From Eledone cirrhosa (lineage: Eukaryota), in assembly GCA_964016885.1 (NCBI GenBank), contig OZ024742.1, positions 339,698,001-339,762,000 of the forward strand: a stretch of 64,000 nt of DNA, given 5' to 3'. Of this stretch, positions 38,618 through 52,861 are shown one piece after another. The notes beneath the pieces were generated by a model. The model was given only the letters and a program-made list of their open reading frames with translations, made no database searches and was not told the origin of the DNA. A program made the translations under genes and the position numbers. Within the stretch, counting starts at the first letter, position 1. Every line of letters begins with the position of its first letter.

Positions 38618-40245
38618 ATATATATATATACCTGTGTGTGTGTGTGTGCCTGTGTGAGTGTTCGTGTGTGTGCGCGTGTGCGTGTGCGTGTGTGTACGTG
38701 TAAACCACCGTTGGAATGGAGACGTAGGCTGCGAAACACGATCATCACTAACAACGAACTCGCAGAGAGAATCCCTTATGCTTGATTCCCAACCTGCTAG
38801 AAATAGCAGTCAGGTTGGTTAGCATACGTGATATGCCTTTTTTCTTTGGTGTTATAAAATTAGTATCAATAAACTTTCCTGGATATACTCTTATCCCAAT
38901 CCTGTACGTACTTTCCGATTGTCACTTTCAGTTTCTTTTCGTGTGATGCGCGAAGGAACCAACCAACAAACATTTCTCTTTTATATCTCTTTTATTTGTT
39001 CATTCAAAATATTTTTCAGCTAATTCTGTCGTACAATATACATCAGCAATCGTTATCTAATGTTTAAAACATATGAATAGCTGCGATATATGCACCATAT
39101 CAATCAAAAACGATATGAAAATTGAATACCATACTAAAGCGCCAGTAAGCTTGCTAAGAACCTGCAGATTGAAATGTTAATAAATACAACATTTGGCTTG
39201 GGTAAACTTTAAGATGTTCTTTCATTGTAGGTTTCTTTTCTCAGCTAGTACGTTAAAGAAAATTGCTAGTTACAACAATAAAGGTTGAACATAGAACAAA
39301 TTGTTTAACAAACTTTACAGTAATTTGTACAACCATAATGGAAATTCCAAGTAACAGAAAATACATAAATTACATTGTTAGAGCCTCAAAGTATACAATA
39401 TTTTTTCGTTCGGCCCTCGGGAGCAAAGATGAAGAGATTGTTTGGCGAGCTCAACCTAGAGCATCCTTCATACAATTGACTATGGTTTTCCTAAGATGAA
39501 GGCCAGCCACTTCTAGGGGTTGACTCTGAGCTTTGTTGATGTTATCGCGAAGCTTAGTCTCTCTGTTGCTCTAGTAACATTTTTTCTTCTGGAAAATCTG
39601 ATCTTGCCGCCAGGCTAGGACTTTTTGGGTGGCATATCGGCAGTAACAATGACGATAAGCCGTCTGTGCTTTCGTGAAATAAATACGTTTGTTATAACAT
39701 TTTTTCTTCTGGAAAATCTGATCTTGCGGCCAGGCTGGGACTTTTTGGGTGGCATCTCGACAGTAACAATGACGATAAGCCGTCTGTGCTTTCGTGAAAT
39801 AAATACGTTTGTTTATATTTTGTTTTTGTGTATGCAAAAATATCTGTACACGAATATATAATTATATGTATATATTAAAATAGCAGATTAAAGTTTAAGC
39901 AAAGAATCGCTGCGTTCACCCTTAACTGAAACTAAAAAAATCAATCTGTGAACGTAGAATAAATATTTCGAAAATCCGTTGCAACCGAAAGAAAACAGGA
40001 AGACGATACTTTGGTTCGTGAAGATGTTACGAATGTCGTATAACCGGAAGTGTTGACATTTGAAAATTTTAAAGAAGTGAATATTTAAATAAGGTCTTTA
40101 ATCTTTTAACAAAATTCAGTAGTCAAAAATACCCTCATTTTTTTACTTTGGTGGAAATTTTACTATGGTGCAAATTTGGTGCTGTTTGGTCCAGCCGCTT
40201 GGCGAAAAGTTTGTTACTTACATACGACCGTCAGCTTTATAGTAT
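38417..40245 (-). mobile_element. Helitron-derived composite
   Basis: 5' end (reverse complement of tatactataaagctgacgg) at 40245. 39240-39485 and 39800-40245 match the other copies; CTAG plus hairpin end at 38417; 120-bp tandem duplication at 39574-39812. May be two elements. Confidence 0.6.
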
Positions 40246-40263
40246 ATATATATGCAACATATA

Positions 40264-40304
<41 letters not shown>

Positions 40305-40308
<4 letters not shown>

Positions 40309-40640
40309 GGCCACATCTGGGACCTCAAAGATAATAATATAACCTACAATCTCACTTGGAGCTTACTGTCCAGAGCTAACTCTTACACGGGAGGACGCCG
40401 TCCGTGTAACTTATGCTCGGAGTAAACATTACAAATGCTGTTTTCGAAGGACCAACTCCTAAACAAGAAAGACGAACTGGTAACTGCATGCAAACACAGA
40501 TTGCGTAGACTTACCTCGCCCTCAAACCCCATAATAACCGGGGTGGGTGGGTGGGTAGACAAGGGCTGAAACACCCCACTTGCCGATTTTGTAAGGCGTA
40601 ATCCCTGCTTACAAAGAATTGGTCAAGCTGGTTTAGCCAA
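40305..40640 (+). mobile_element. Penelope-like GIY-YIG C-terminal fragment
   Basis: SGHIWDLKDNNITYNLTWSLLSRANSYTGGRRPCNLCSE*..LLNKKDELVTACKH, translated by hand; paralogous to 19114-19415. Confidence 0.8.
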
Positions 40641-40800
40641 TATATATATATATATATATATATTAGAAAGTAAGTTTTTTTTTACAAAATGAAAAATAAC
40701 GGAGGTGTCCTATACGAGTGAAAGTATAAAGAAAAAGAGATGAAATCGAAAATGCAACTGGAGTCTTATTTTTTTTAAAAATATATATATTTATTTGGTT

Positions 40801-40838
40801 CCTTTACCGGTTTCGCAGTTCTTCTGCTTTTCAAAAGG
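40801..40838 (-). ncRNA. Minimal hammerhead, U3:A8 core variant
   Basis: cctt-UUGAAAA-gcag aagaa ctgc-GAAA-ccgg-UA-aagg; all stems intact. Confidence 0.75.
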
Positions 40839-41214
40839 TGAGTTGAGATGGAGGGTCTGTGGTTTTTCTCACATATATATATGGTAAAGCACTCAGTCCA
40901 AGGGACGAGTTTGGTATAGTGTTAATTCCACAACATTGTTTGGTAATTGTTGTGGAATTAACATACACACACACACATACACATACACTGAAATACACAT
41001 ACACTCTCTCTTTATATATATATACAGGGTGTCCCAAAAATGTATACACACTTTAACCGCATTATGTCTGTCTGTGTGCCTGTCTGTCTGTATGTATATT
41101 TAAGAAAACATTTATGAAATCCCTAAATAAACATTCTACTCCACAGCCTGGATTGTTTAAAGCACTAAGTTTTCCTTTACAGTTTAGTACACATATTCTA
41201 TATTGTATGTGTGA

Positions 41215-41555
41215 AGGAGTGTGGCTAAGTGGTTAGAACGTTGGGATTGAAATCAAGAGGTTGTGAGTTCGATTCCCAGACCGGGCTCTGTGTTGTGTTC
41301 TTCAGCAAGACACTTTATTTCACGTTGCTCCACTTTACTCAGCTGTAGAAATGAGTTGCGACGTCACTGGTGCCAAGCTGTATCAGCCATTGCCTTTCCC
41401 TTGGGCAACATCGGTGGCGTAGAGATGGGAGGCTGGTATGTATGGGTGACTGCTGGTCTTCCACAAACAACCTTGCCCAGACCTCTACCCCAAAGGGGGA
41501 CTTTCTATGTGCAAAATCTATGGTCGTTTGTGACCGAAAGGGGACCTTTACTCTA
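41215..41555 (+). mobile_element. Full-length tRNA-derived SINE family B
   Basis: A-box tggctaagtgg, B-box gagttcgattcc, core ttcagcaagacactttatttcac; other copies at 14950 and 46500. Confidence 0.8.
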
Positions 41556-42114
41556 TTCTCTTATGTATCCATAATGTATATTAAAATACACTTGAGTCTC
41601 CAATAATCGCTCCACCTATTATTAGATTTTGCTAATCATCTCCGGTGAAATTTTATTTTAAATAGAAGCATTCCTGTGACAATTAATTTTCTTTAGACAT
41701 TAAAAAACATTACACATAACAAAAATACATTACCAGAAATCCCATATGTTATAAAATAAATAGGTTGGGTTGGGGTCTCAATATGTAAACTAAACAACTA
41801 ATTCTGATATAAAAAAATTATCAGTGTAGACAACATAGACAAATTACCGCTTTTCCCCAAGCTTATTCCCTCCCCACGAATATACCCCCTATTATTTGCG
41901 ATCTGAGAGTATGTATCCGGTTCTAAAAGTATTCATTTCTGCAATATTACACAGCAATCTACTCTATACATTCCCTCGCACACTTTGCATACTTCTATCT
42001 AACATATTTTATAAAATGTAATGATTATCACTAACAGTAATTCCCTCGGTCAAACATCTAAATATTACAATAGTGACTGGATAGTTTATACTACTATATG
42101 ATTTATACTATTTC

Positions 42115-42775
42115 TTTTCTTCTTCACCCACTTATTCATGAGAGGGTCGTGGGAACAGAGCCTTCAAACACTCCTTCAAGAGTCAGAAGCAACCGTCTGC
42201 AATTGATCCCAAGCAACACCAGCCAAGCTCATGGATGATATCCCATAGATCTCCTGCCGGTCGGTTTTGCTCTTAAAATCTGTCCTGTGATTTTTCCTGA
42301 GACATTCTAACCACATGCCCATAGTATCGGAGCTGTGATCTTTCAATTCGGAGGAGTGGCAGCTCTACCTGGAGTAACTCTGATCTCCAAGCTACACCAA
42401 AGGCCTTTCAGAGGAACCCCATTTCAACCGCTTGTATTCGCGATCATATTATTTCGGTCATTACCCAAGATTCATGACCATAAGTAAGGATTGGCACCGA
42501 CACCGAATTGAAGATAGCGAGTTTGGTTTTAACACCTACCTCCCTTCTGATTACCAAATGCTGAAGCAAGAGCATTACTGCAACAGCTTTTGCAATTCTT
42601 ACACTTCAGCCTCCTACCTTCCATCACTCATGAACATGGCCTCGAGATACTTGAAATCCATTTATATTTATATGTAGAGTGCAATGCGCAGGCTCCCATG
42701 AGAGTTTCTGCAGCACTGATTTTCATTCCAGCCATGCAGTATTCGGCATCAAACCTATCAAATGCTAGTCGGATA
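42115..42775 (-). mobile_element. Degenerate RTE-like LINE 3' portion
   Basis: Minus-strand 3' end cgaccctctcatgaataagtgggtgaagaag resembles 56510-56550; decayed RT C-terminal coding remnants. Confidence 0.5.
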
Positions 42776-43019
42776 GCTATCTGTTATACTATTTATCATT
42801 ATTACAATAATATAAGTCACATGAAGAAAGCATAAGTTCAATCATCGATATATCCATAAACTAATCACCAACACCATTGTAATGGTAAAATGAAACCAGA
42901 TATCGTGATAGCTGTAAGACAAAAGCTCTGAAGCATTTGACAATATAGTAAATTTTTTTTTTTCAATGTTATAAAATAAAATAACAGACAATTAATCAAT
43001 TCACAGTTGATTAGAAATA

Positions 43020-43485
43020 TTGATAGAAATATAAAAGAAAAAGAAAAAAAAGAAAAAAGATAAAAACAAAACCAAGCAGCGAACAGTGGGGAAGGGGTAA
43101 AGAAGGGCAGATCTGACTGTATAGGAAAGGGGCAGAAAGGGCTATAAATGAGATAAATGTGAGGAAAAGTAGGGATAGAGCAAGGACTATGAGGCTACGG
43201 AAGAAATGGAGAGAGAAGGGGAGAGGGTGATATGCTCTATACCTCGGAAGGGGCAATGTTTAGGCTGCACTCCGCGGACAAAACTGCAAAGGCATTTCCA
43301 CGGACAATGGCCAGCAATACCCGTTGCAGCAGCCACCCTACCTCGCGGAAATCTTTCCTCAGATGGGCTACTGATGATCCTATTTTGAGAGAGAGCTCGG
43401 CAGTAGAGGGTCCGAGGATGCCTGAGGTCTCGATGGCGACTAGTGGGAAGAGAAATCGGCTGAACAAGCCCCGGTCTCCAATCCG
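43020..43485 (-). mobile_element. CRE-like 3' end with pyrimidine-rich UTR
   Basis: RFLFPLVAIETSGILGP..EVGWLLQRVLLAIVRGNAFAVLSA. Confidence 0.75.
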
Positions 43486-43507
43486 TAAACATTATTTACG
43501 ACACATG

Positions 43508-43694
43508 GGCGGTGGATTGGCAGTATCGGTAGAGGGTCGGACGCCATGCTTTGCAACATAGAGCTACGGCCCTTTATGGTCTGAGTTAAAATCCCGCCGA
43601 GGTTAACTTTGCCTTTCATCCTTACGGTGTCGATAAAATAAAGTACCAGTAATACACTGGAATAATTGCTGGCCTTGTGCCTAAAGTAGAAACA
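43508..43694 (+). mobile_element. SINE family A with 17-bp target-site duplication
   Basis: attatttacgacacatg at 43491-43507 and 43695-43711. Confidence 0.92.
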
Positions 43695-44176
43695 ATTATT
43701 TACGACACATGTCTACCCTACTTTCCCCTTTTTTCTTTATATTTATACGTTGTTTTCTCTCTCCCTCAAGCATTATTTGTATCTCGTTTTCTCATTAACC
43801 CATCTCCCACCCAATAGAAACCAACTCCACAGACTTTAAACTCATTACATATTCACATGTTCACATTGTATACTCGTATTTTTATAATCTAAAATGTTTT
43901 ACTTTATTTTAGAATTTTATTTTCAGTTGAGGTTCTCATTTTTGCTTTGATTTGTATCTTTGGTGCTTTGTTATATTTTTATAAGGATTTAATGGGATAC
44001 ATAAAACAAATCTATGTCTTATGGCGACAGGCTGGTTCTATACTTCTCTGAATAGACACACGCTAGAAGACACGATAATTGACTGAATGCGGGTATGATA
44101 TAATCGCAGCAGTGAGCAGAATTAGCGTAGAAACGATTGTTACACAATAAACATGTTATATTGATTTCTTCACTCC

Positions 44177-44266
<90 letters not shown>

Positions 44267-44434
44267 GGAAGTTGGAAATAGCACGGAAAATATATTTTAG
44301 GGTCTGTTTCTCTTCTTTTTCCTTTCTTTAATTTGTCAAAGTGACATTATTGAAAAAATGAGAAGGACAATTCTTTAAAAAAAAAGAGTTTATAAAGTAT
44401 ATAAAGTATATAAAGTATATAAAGTATATAATGT

Positions 44435-44476
44435 ATAACTGGTTTCGATGTATTAGTAAAATTCATCTTATCAAAT
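44435..44476 (-). ncRNA. Degenerate minimal hammerhead, U3:A8 core
   Basis: at-UUGAUAA-gatg...catc-GAAA-ccag-UU-at; stem I only 2 bp. Confidence 0.4.
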
Positions 44477-44578
44477 GTTGAGTATTACAATTAAAAAGAA
44501 TTAATAAGAATTGAAAACTAAAAATTAAAGATTTAAAAGTAAGAGCTAAGTTTTTTCATCTTCCATGTTGAGAAGGAG

Positions 44579-44651
<73 letters not shown>

Positions 44652-44741
44652 TATACATATATACATGCATACATACATACTCACACACACATATAAATGT
44701 ACACATAGACACACACACACACACACTCCATCTCAATTCTA

Positions 44742-44777
44742 CTTTTGAAAAGCATAAGAACTGTGAAACCGGTAAAG
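44742..44777 (+). ncRNA. Minimal hammerhead, U3:A8 core (same family as 40801)
   Basis: ctt-UUGAAAA-gcat aagaa ctgt-GAAA-ccgg-UA-aag. Confidence 0.65.
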
Positions 44778-44920
44778 GAAACAAATAAATATTTTTAAAA
44801 AGACTCCAGTTGCATGTTCGTTTCTTTTCCTTATATATATATGGGAAAGTAAAAATCAACAACACAGGAGTACAAGTTACGAAAGGTATTAGGTTCACGC
44901 CTATAGAGAGTGGGGGGTGG

Positions 44921-44958
44921 GGTGCGACGTTTCGGACATAAGCCCTTCATCAGGGGAG
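44921..44958 (-). ncRNA. Hammerhead core with stem I lost
   Basis: ccc-CUGAUGA-a-gggc ttat gtcc-GAAA-cg-UC-gcacc. Confidence 0.5.
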
Positions 44959-45639
44959 TGGTAGGAGAGGGAAGGGGGAGGAGGAGGAACTTCGAGTGGG
45001 AATGAGGGGGACTTGGTGGAAAAAAAAAAAAAAAATAACACATGAGTTGGAAAATAAAAGTTAAAAACAAGTGGTGAAAAGATGTGAAGCGTGTAGAGGT
45101 GGTGGTGGTGGGGGGGTTCCGAGCAGGGAGGGAGGTAGGTGTACGTGTGTGTGTGTATGTGTGGATGTAAGTGTGAGAGTCTGAGGGGGAGCGAAGTTGA
45201 ATGCTTGGGTTTTGGAAAACCATTGTGTATGCTGGGGTGGAGTGTAAGTCTGTGTGTGTGTGAATGGATAGGGGTCGGATGAGGTGGGGGAGAGCATGCG
45301 GAATCCGGAAGCGGATACTTCGTATCGTTGCACAACGTTTTCTTATTTCTCATTCTTTTCTTACTCTACTTTGAAAAAAGGTTTCACTTCTTGTTTTTAT
45401 ATTCAGCGTAAATATGTCCACGCTACATATTTTGTAATTAATTAAGTAATAAGGCAGTAAACAACATTCATTCTGTAGTGTGTTCTAATGTACACACACA
45501 AACACACACACACCCACACATATACATATATCATATTATATATTATGTATATATATATATATATATAAATATATATTAAGAAAAGGAATTCCAACTTTGT
45601 CTGATTTACTCGTTTTATTTACAATCCTTTAAAATTATA

Positions 45640-45825
45640 ATTGTGTCTACTTTTGGCACAAGGCCATCAATTACCCAGTGCATTACTGGTACTTTATTTT
45701 ATCGATCCCGTAAGGATGAAAGGCAAAGTTAACTTCGGGGGGATTTGAACTCAGAATGGAAAGGGCCGTAACTCTAAACGTCAAAGCATGGTGTGCGACC
45801 CTCTACCGATACTGCCAATCCACCG
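45640..45825 (-). mobile_element. SINE family A
   Basis: Full head, core and tail on the minus strand. Confidence 0.85.
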
Positions 45826-46194
45826 ATATTATAATGAAATAGTATGGTATTAAATGTTAAATGTTAATTGAACAAATACTTTCATGCTTTCGCAATCTTC
45901 AGGTGACAGTGGTGACAGTCAAGTTTGCAATTTTCAACTGTCATAAATACATATATATGTATATTCACGTGTGTGTGTGTGCGCGTGTGTCTTTTCTGTC
46001 TTTTTTTCAGCCATACTACCATATTTCCATCCGGGACTATATTGTATCATTGTATCATTAACCCTTTTGTAACCGCATTTCTAATAAAATTCAATCTATT
46101 TTAATTAATAAATTTTTAGGGATTTACTAAATTTATTTCATTATCGAGGTAGTAATATAAAATATGGTTATTATATAACATTATTTTGAAAAAT

Positions 46195-46325
46195 TACGGC
46201 CCTTTATGGTCTGAGTTCAAATCCCGCCGAGGTTAACTTTGCCTTCTCATCCTTACGGAGTCGATAAATAAAGTACCAGTAATACACTGGTATAATTGCT
46301 GGCCCTGTGCCAAAAGTAGAAATAA
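46195..46325 (+). mobile_element. 5'-truncated SINE family A
   Basis: Flanked on both sides by attattttgaaaaatta. Confidence 0.85.
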
Positions 46326-46499
46326 TTATTTTGAAAAATTATAATTTAAACAGTAAATATTCTTCGTGTATTTATTCAAGACATTAGTTCATGATTTTCA
46401 GGATACATAGCTACCAACTCTAGCAGGTCAACCTACCATTTAGAAGCATTCCTTGTTATATTATATTTTATTTAGTTTCTATAGGTATGAATATATTGT

Positions 46500-46842
46500 T
46501 CGGGCAAAGGGTAAAGACCGTTCTCGGCCACGAATGACCATGGCAGCTGCACCTTGAAAGTTTCCCTCCGAGGCATAAGTCCGGGGGCAAGGTTGTTTAT
46601 GGAAGACCAGCAGTCACCAATACATACCAGTCCCCCCCCCCCCCACTCCACGCCACCGATGTTGTCCAAGGAAAAGGCAATGGCTGATACAGCTTGGCAC
46701 CTGTGACATCACAACTTATTTCGGTAGCTGAGTAAACTGGAATAACATGAAATAAAGTGTCTTACTCAAGGACACATGGCATCACCTGGTCTGAGAATCG
46801 AACTCACAACATCACGGTTGCAAGACCAACTCCCTAACTACA
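46500..46842 (-). mobile_element. SINE family B
   Basis: Reverse complement of 41215-41555. Confidence 0.8.
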
Positions 46843-47034
46843 ATTCATAATAATTAGATTTTTTTTTTTTGTATATTTATATGTTTGTATAGCTTATATT
46901 TTTTTCTTTTTCAGCTTTTGTCGGTATTTAGCCCCCCCCCCCCCCCGCGCCCTATGTATTACAGCAACTATATATTGCATTAAAACATAGTGTTTAGAAA
47001 ATTATACCACAGTTCGGACACATTACATTAATGC

Positions 47035-47240
<206 letters not shown>

Positions 47241-47384
47241 GTATTTCGTTATATTTGTTTATCAATAATGTTTAGAAAATTATACCACAGTTCGGACATT
47301 ACATTAATGCTATATATATATATATATGGGTGTGTGTGTGTATATATATATATACATATATATATGTATATATATATATATGTG

Positions 47385-47466
<82 letters not shown>

Positions 47467-47533
47467 TTCGTTATATTTGTTTATCAATAATGTTTAGAAA
47501 ATTATACCACAGTTCGGACATTGCATTAATTCT

Positions 47534-47602
<69 letters not shown>

Positions 47603-47688
47603 CCCCACCACCACCCCATTCTCAAGAGCGTGAAACTAATAAACCTTTGTTCGTACTGCCTCTCTGTTTTGTTCCCGTTCAATTTTTT

Positions 47689-47755
<67 letters not shown>

Positions 47756-48564
47756 TACATATATATATAAATCTCGTTATATTAATATTATAGAAACATA
47801 AAAACACAGAATGTACACTCAAACATTTAAGCACAGACGGTCGTAATTGTAATACATCCATATATGTATGTATGTACGTATTTATATATATATATATATA
47901 TGTATGTATATATGTATATATATATACATGTATATATGTATGTATATGTATGTATGTATATGCATGTATGTATATGTATGTATGTATATGTATGTATGTA
48001 TATAAATGTATGTATGTATGTAAGTATGTATATATATCTATGTATATATGTGTATGTATGTATGTATATATGTATATATGTGTATGTATATATATGTATG
48101 TATGTATGTAAGTATGTTGTAGCTATATATCTGTTATGTAGGATGTCTTCAGTTTCCTATTTACGGTCATGTATTTGCTGTTAACACATCACTTTAGCTG
48201 GCGTTTAACTTTAAATCGCCCATCTACAACTACGTGTATAAATATATGCATATACATACATACATACATATATATATACATATATTATATATACATACAT
48301 ATATACATATATACATATGCATACATACATATTTACATATATATACATACATGCATACATATATACATATATATACATACATACATACATATATACATAT
48401 AAAAAGAGAAATATAAATAAATATATACATATATATATTTATGTTTATTTGCTTTCCCCACCTTTTAGAAAAGTGTATTGTTGACATAAAAACAAATTGT
48501 GGTCTATCGTATATTTATTGTAAAAACTGCTGCACGTTATATTAGAGTGAACTTGGTAATGGAT

Positions 48565-48614
48565 CTCACGCACACGCGCACACACACACACTCACACACA
48601 CACTCACATATACT

Positions 48615-48687
<73 letters not shown>

Positions 48688-48693
48688 CACACA

Positions 48694-48782
<89 letters not shown>

Positions 48783-48788
48783 CACACA

Positions 48789-48848
<60 letters not shown>

Positions 48849-48854
48849 TACACT

Positions 48855-48893
<39 letters not shown>

Positions 48894-48944
48894 ACACACA
48901 CTCACACACACACACACACTCACACAGACACACACACACACACA

Positions 48945-48994
<50 letters not shown>

Positions 48995-49745
48995 CAAACA
49001 CACACACATACACACACACACTCTCACACACACACACGCACAATGAAATGAAATATTGAACATCAACATTATTGTGAATATAATACGAACACGGGAAATT
49101 ATTCAAGAGGTAACAGCAACACTATTAAGAAGAAGAACAACAACAACTAAAACAACAACAACAATAACAACAACTACAACTACAACTACAAGAGCAACAA
49201 TAACAACAACAACTACAACTAAAACAACAACAACAACTACAACTAAAACAACAACAACAATAACAACAACTACAACTACAACTACAAGAACAACAATAAC
49301 AACAACAACTACAACTAAAACAACAACAACAATAACAACAACTACAACTGCAACTACAAGAACAACAATAACAACTACAACTACAACTACAAGAACAACA
49401 ATAACAACAACTACAACTAAAACAACAACAACAATAACAACAACTACAACTGCAACAACAATAACAACAACAATTACAACTAAAACAACAACAACAATAA
49501 CAACAACTACAACTGCAACAACAATAATAACAACAACAACTACAACTACAACAACAACAACAATAACAACAACAACGACAACAACAAAAACAATAACAAC
49601 TACAGCTACAATAAAAACAACAACAACAACTACAACTACAATAACAACAACAACAATAACAATAACAATAACAATAACAACAACAAAAACAATAACAACA
49701 ATAATAAAAACAACAATAATAATATTAACATCAGCAGCAACAATA
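48565..49745. repeat. (CA)n tract followed by (CAA/CTA/TAA)n tract
   Basis: Visible di- and trinucleotide repeats. Confidence 0.95.
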
Positions 49746-49749
49746 TGGT

Positions 49750-50230
49750 GGTGAAGTGGGTGTAAATGGTAGACATGATTCGAGGCATAAAGTTATGGCC
49801 CTTTATAGGGCGGTGGATTGGCAGTATCGGTAGAGGGTCGGACGCCATGCTTTGCAGCATAGAGTTACGGCCCTTGCCATTCTGAGTTCAAATCCCTACG
49901 AGGCTAACTTTGCCTTTCATCCTTACGGGGTCGATGAAATAAAGTACCAGTAATTGTTTCTACTTTTGGCACAAGGCCAGCAATTACCCCAGTGCATTAC
50001 TGGTACTTTATTTTATAGACCCCGTAAGGATGAAAGGCAAAGTTAAACTCAGCGGGATTTGAACTCAGAATGGCAAGGGCCGTAACTCTATGCTGCAAAG
50101 CATGGCATCCGACCCTCTACCGATACTGCCAATCCACCACCCTATAAAGTACCAGTAATACACTGCGGTCGATTTAATCGTATTTCCCCTCCCTTAAAAT
50201 GGTTGGCCTTGTGCCTAAAGTAGAAACAAT
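49750..50230. mobile_element. SINE family A cluster with a tail-to-tail inverted pair
   Basis: + copy at 49808-49952, - copy at 49953-50143, further SINE pieces on both sides. Confidence 0.85.
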
Positions 50231-50471
50231 TCTTTACAAAAACAATAATATTATTCATAATAATAACAATAATAATTATAATAATATAAGCACAACAACA
50301 ACAACAACAACACTAATAATAATAACCCCAACAATAACAATATAATAATGACAATGATAATAATCATAATAATAAACATAGCAACAACAATAATGACAAC
50401 TACAATAACAACTACAATAACAACAATAATAGGAATAATAACAACAGCAATACTAATAATATTAATCACAA

Positions 50472-50502
<31 letters not shown>

Positions 50503-51139
50503 GACGACGACGACGACGACAGTAATAATCGTAATAATAACCCTGTCACATAAGAGAATATGGCCATTTCTGAAAGTGACTTTGATTTTTAGCTAAAATA
50601 TTTATGTTCACATTACTGGCGAACATTGAGACGAACGAGAAAACAACTTACTGAGAAATTTCTATAGTTAATACCTTGTGTTTATTTCTCGGGTGAGAGG
50701 GTGGGATAGGGTGTTAGGGTGAGGGGTGGGATTAGGGTGCTAGGGTGAGAGGTGGGGCTAGGGTGCTAGGGTGAGGTAGAGTGCTAGGGTGAGAAGTGGG
50801 GTTAGGGTGCTAGGGTGATGTTGATGAGGGTGGGTGGTCATGTGGAGCAAAGTCAACAAGATTTCCTTCTACCTGGAGTTGCGACCGATAGATAGCATTA
50901 GCAATTGGAAAGACCAATGGAAACATTGTTTCCTCGGTCCGATTTGACGAAAGGTGATCGTACCTTTATATATATATATATATATATATAGGTAAAAGTA
51001 TGAACCCCGACGGCAGAGCTCAAGCCGTTTCGACGGCTATTTCCCACTCTACAACCCTAAGTATTGAGTACTCTGGTGCGTTATGGTCCATCTGGTTCCT
51101 TTCCACAATTCCTTTGTTTTATATATATATATATATATT

Positions 51140-51241
<102 letters not shown>

Positions 51242-51438
51242 GATAAATCTACCAAAAGTTTACGGTAGTGTCCAATCCGTATGAAGAACTCAATGTAATC
51301 CGGATATCATGGAAAGAAGAGATGCATTAAAAAATCACTTTCGGTGAGAGATAAACGGAATACAGAGTCAAGATAAAATATTAAAAAAATAATGAATAAA
51401 ACAATGAAACAGTTCCTTATATTAAACAAAAAAAGTTC

Positions 51439-51585
51439 ATTATTTAACGATCGTTTCTAGGACATATATGTGTTAGAATTGGTATGCATATTCAACAGAT
51501 CTATGTACAAAATTATACAAAATTATACAAATTATCAAATAGAATATACATACCAACACATACATATGCCGTCTTCAGAAATAAT
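51439..51585 (-). ncRNA. Type I hammerhead with long stem II
   Basis: attattt-CUGAAGA-cggcatatgtatgtgttgg...aacacatatatgtccta-GAAA-cgatcg-UU-aaataat. Confidence 0.7.
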
Positions 51586-51760
51586 TATTTGTGTAATTTT
51601 GTATAATTTTGTACATAGATTTGTTGAATATGCATACCAATTCTAACACATATATGTCCTAGAAACGATCGTTAAATAATGAACTTTTTTTGTTTAATAT
51701 AAGGAACTGTTTCATTGTTTTATTCATTATTTTTTAAATATTTTTAATATTTTATTTTTA

Positions 51761-51840
<80 letters not shown>

Positions 51841-52145
51841 AAGGATGAGTATTTTAAACTTTATTTTATTCTGAGTTAAGGCTCTATCGATTTTTTCCTG
51901 GATTTCACTAAATTCTGTGGATAAATCTATGTCCTGACTCTTTTTGAATTGAGTTTGAATTATTTTCCCACATCTTACGTTAACTATTTTTCCATTTTGA
52001 CGTTATAGTCACTTAGATATTATGAAATACTGTTGGTTTCACGCTCACAATAATTTCTATACTTTTCATTTATATATATATATATATATATATAGAATAA
52101 GGAAAAGCGAAGTAGTTTCAGATGTTCAAGTCCTTTAATAATAAT

Positions 52146-52432
52146 TGTTTCTACTTTAGGCACAAGGCCAGCAATTACCCAGTGCATTACTGGTACTTTA
52201 TTTTATCGATCCCGTAAGGATGAAAGGCAAAGTCAATCTCGGCGGGATTTGAACTCAGATCGTAAAGGGACGTAACTATGCTGGAAAACATGGCGTCCGA
52301 TCCTCTATCGATACTGCCAATCCACCGCCATTTAATAATTGTTTCTACTTTAGGCACAAGGCCAGCAAATTACCCAGTGCATTACTGGTACTTTATTTTA
52401 TCGACCCCGTAAGGATGAAAGGCAAAGTCACA
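52146..52432 (-). mobile_element. Two SINE family A copies with 12-bp target-site duplication
   Basis: tttaataataat at 52134-52145 and 52433-52444. Confidence 0.85.
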
Positions 52433-52444
52433 TTTAATAATAAT

Positions 52445-52518
52445 GCTGTGATATATATTTCAGTGACGACACTGGCCACACTGTTCTGTGTGCGAGTGTC
52501 GTGTCATCATCAGACGGC
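52445..52518 (-). ncRNA. Type I hammerhead (left inverted arm)
   Basis: Reverse complement of 52788-52861. Confidence 0.65.
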
Positions 52519-52787
52519 TGTGGCAGTCGTGATGGGTAGCAGTAAAATATGGTACAGGCATTGGTGGGCCATTGTTTTGACTGAGAGGGTGAACTGACTA
52601 AGCGAATTTCGTTGAAATCTGCGGTGGCTAATGGTCAACTTCCTTCGGACATGCGCTTGCGCAGACCGGTGGGGGTGAATTGGTACTCACAAGGGAGCGG
52701 ATGAAAAACCCCAAAACACGCAATTCATCCGTTCCCATGTTGATCCAATTTGGATTGCCTCGGGGACATAACCTTATTATGTAACAA

Positions 52788-52861
52788 GCCGTCTGATGAT
52801 GACACGACACTCGCACACAGAACAGTGTGGCCAGTATCGTCACTGAAATATATATCACAGC
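52788..52861 (+). ncRNA. Type I hammerhead (right inverted arm)
   Basis: gccgt-CUGAUGA-tgac acgacact..cacac agaaca gtgtg..agtatcgtca ct-GAAA-tatata-UC-acagc; one mismatch in stem I. Confidence 0.65.

Noticed and set aside
40540-40630. Possible permuted hammerhead after the GIY-YIG fragment (gggct-GAAA-cacccc)
   Set aside because: No CUGANGA-like segment follows.
50865-50965. Possible short minus-strand exon
   Set aside because: The acceptor lacks a pyrimidine tract and the peptide is unrecognisable.
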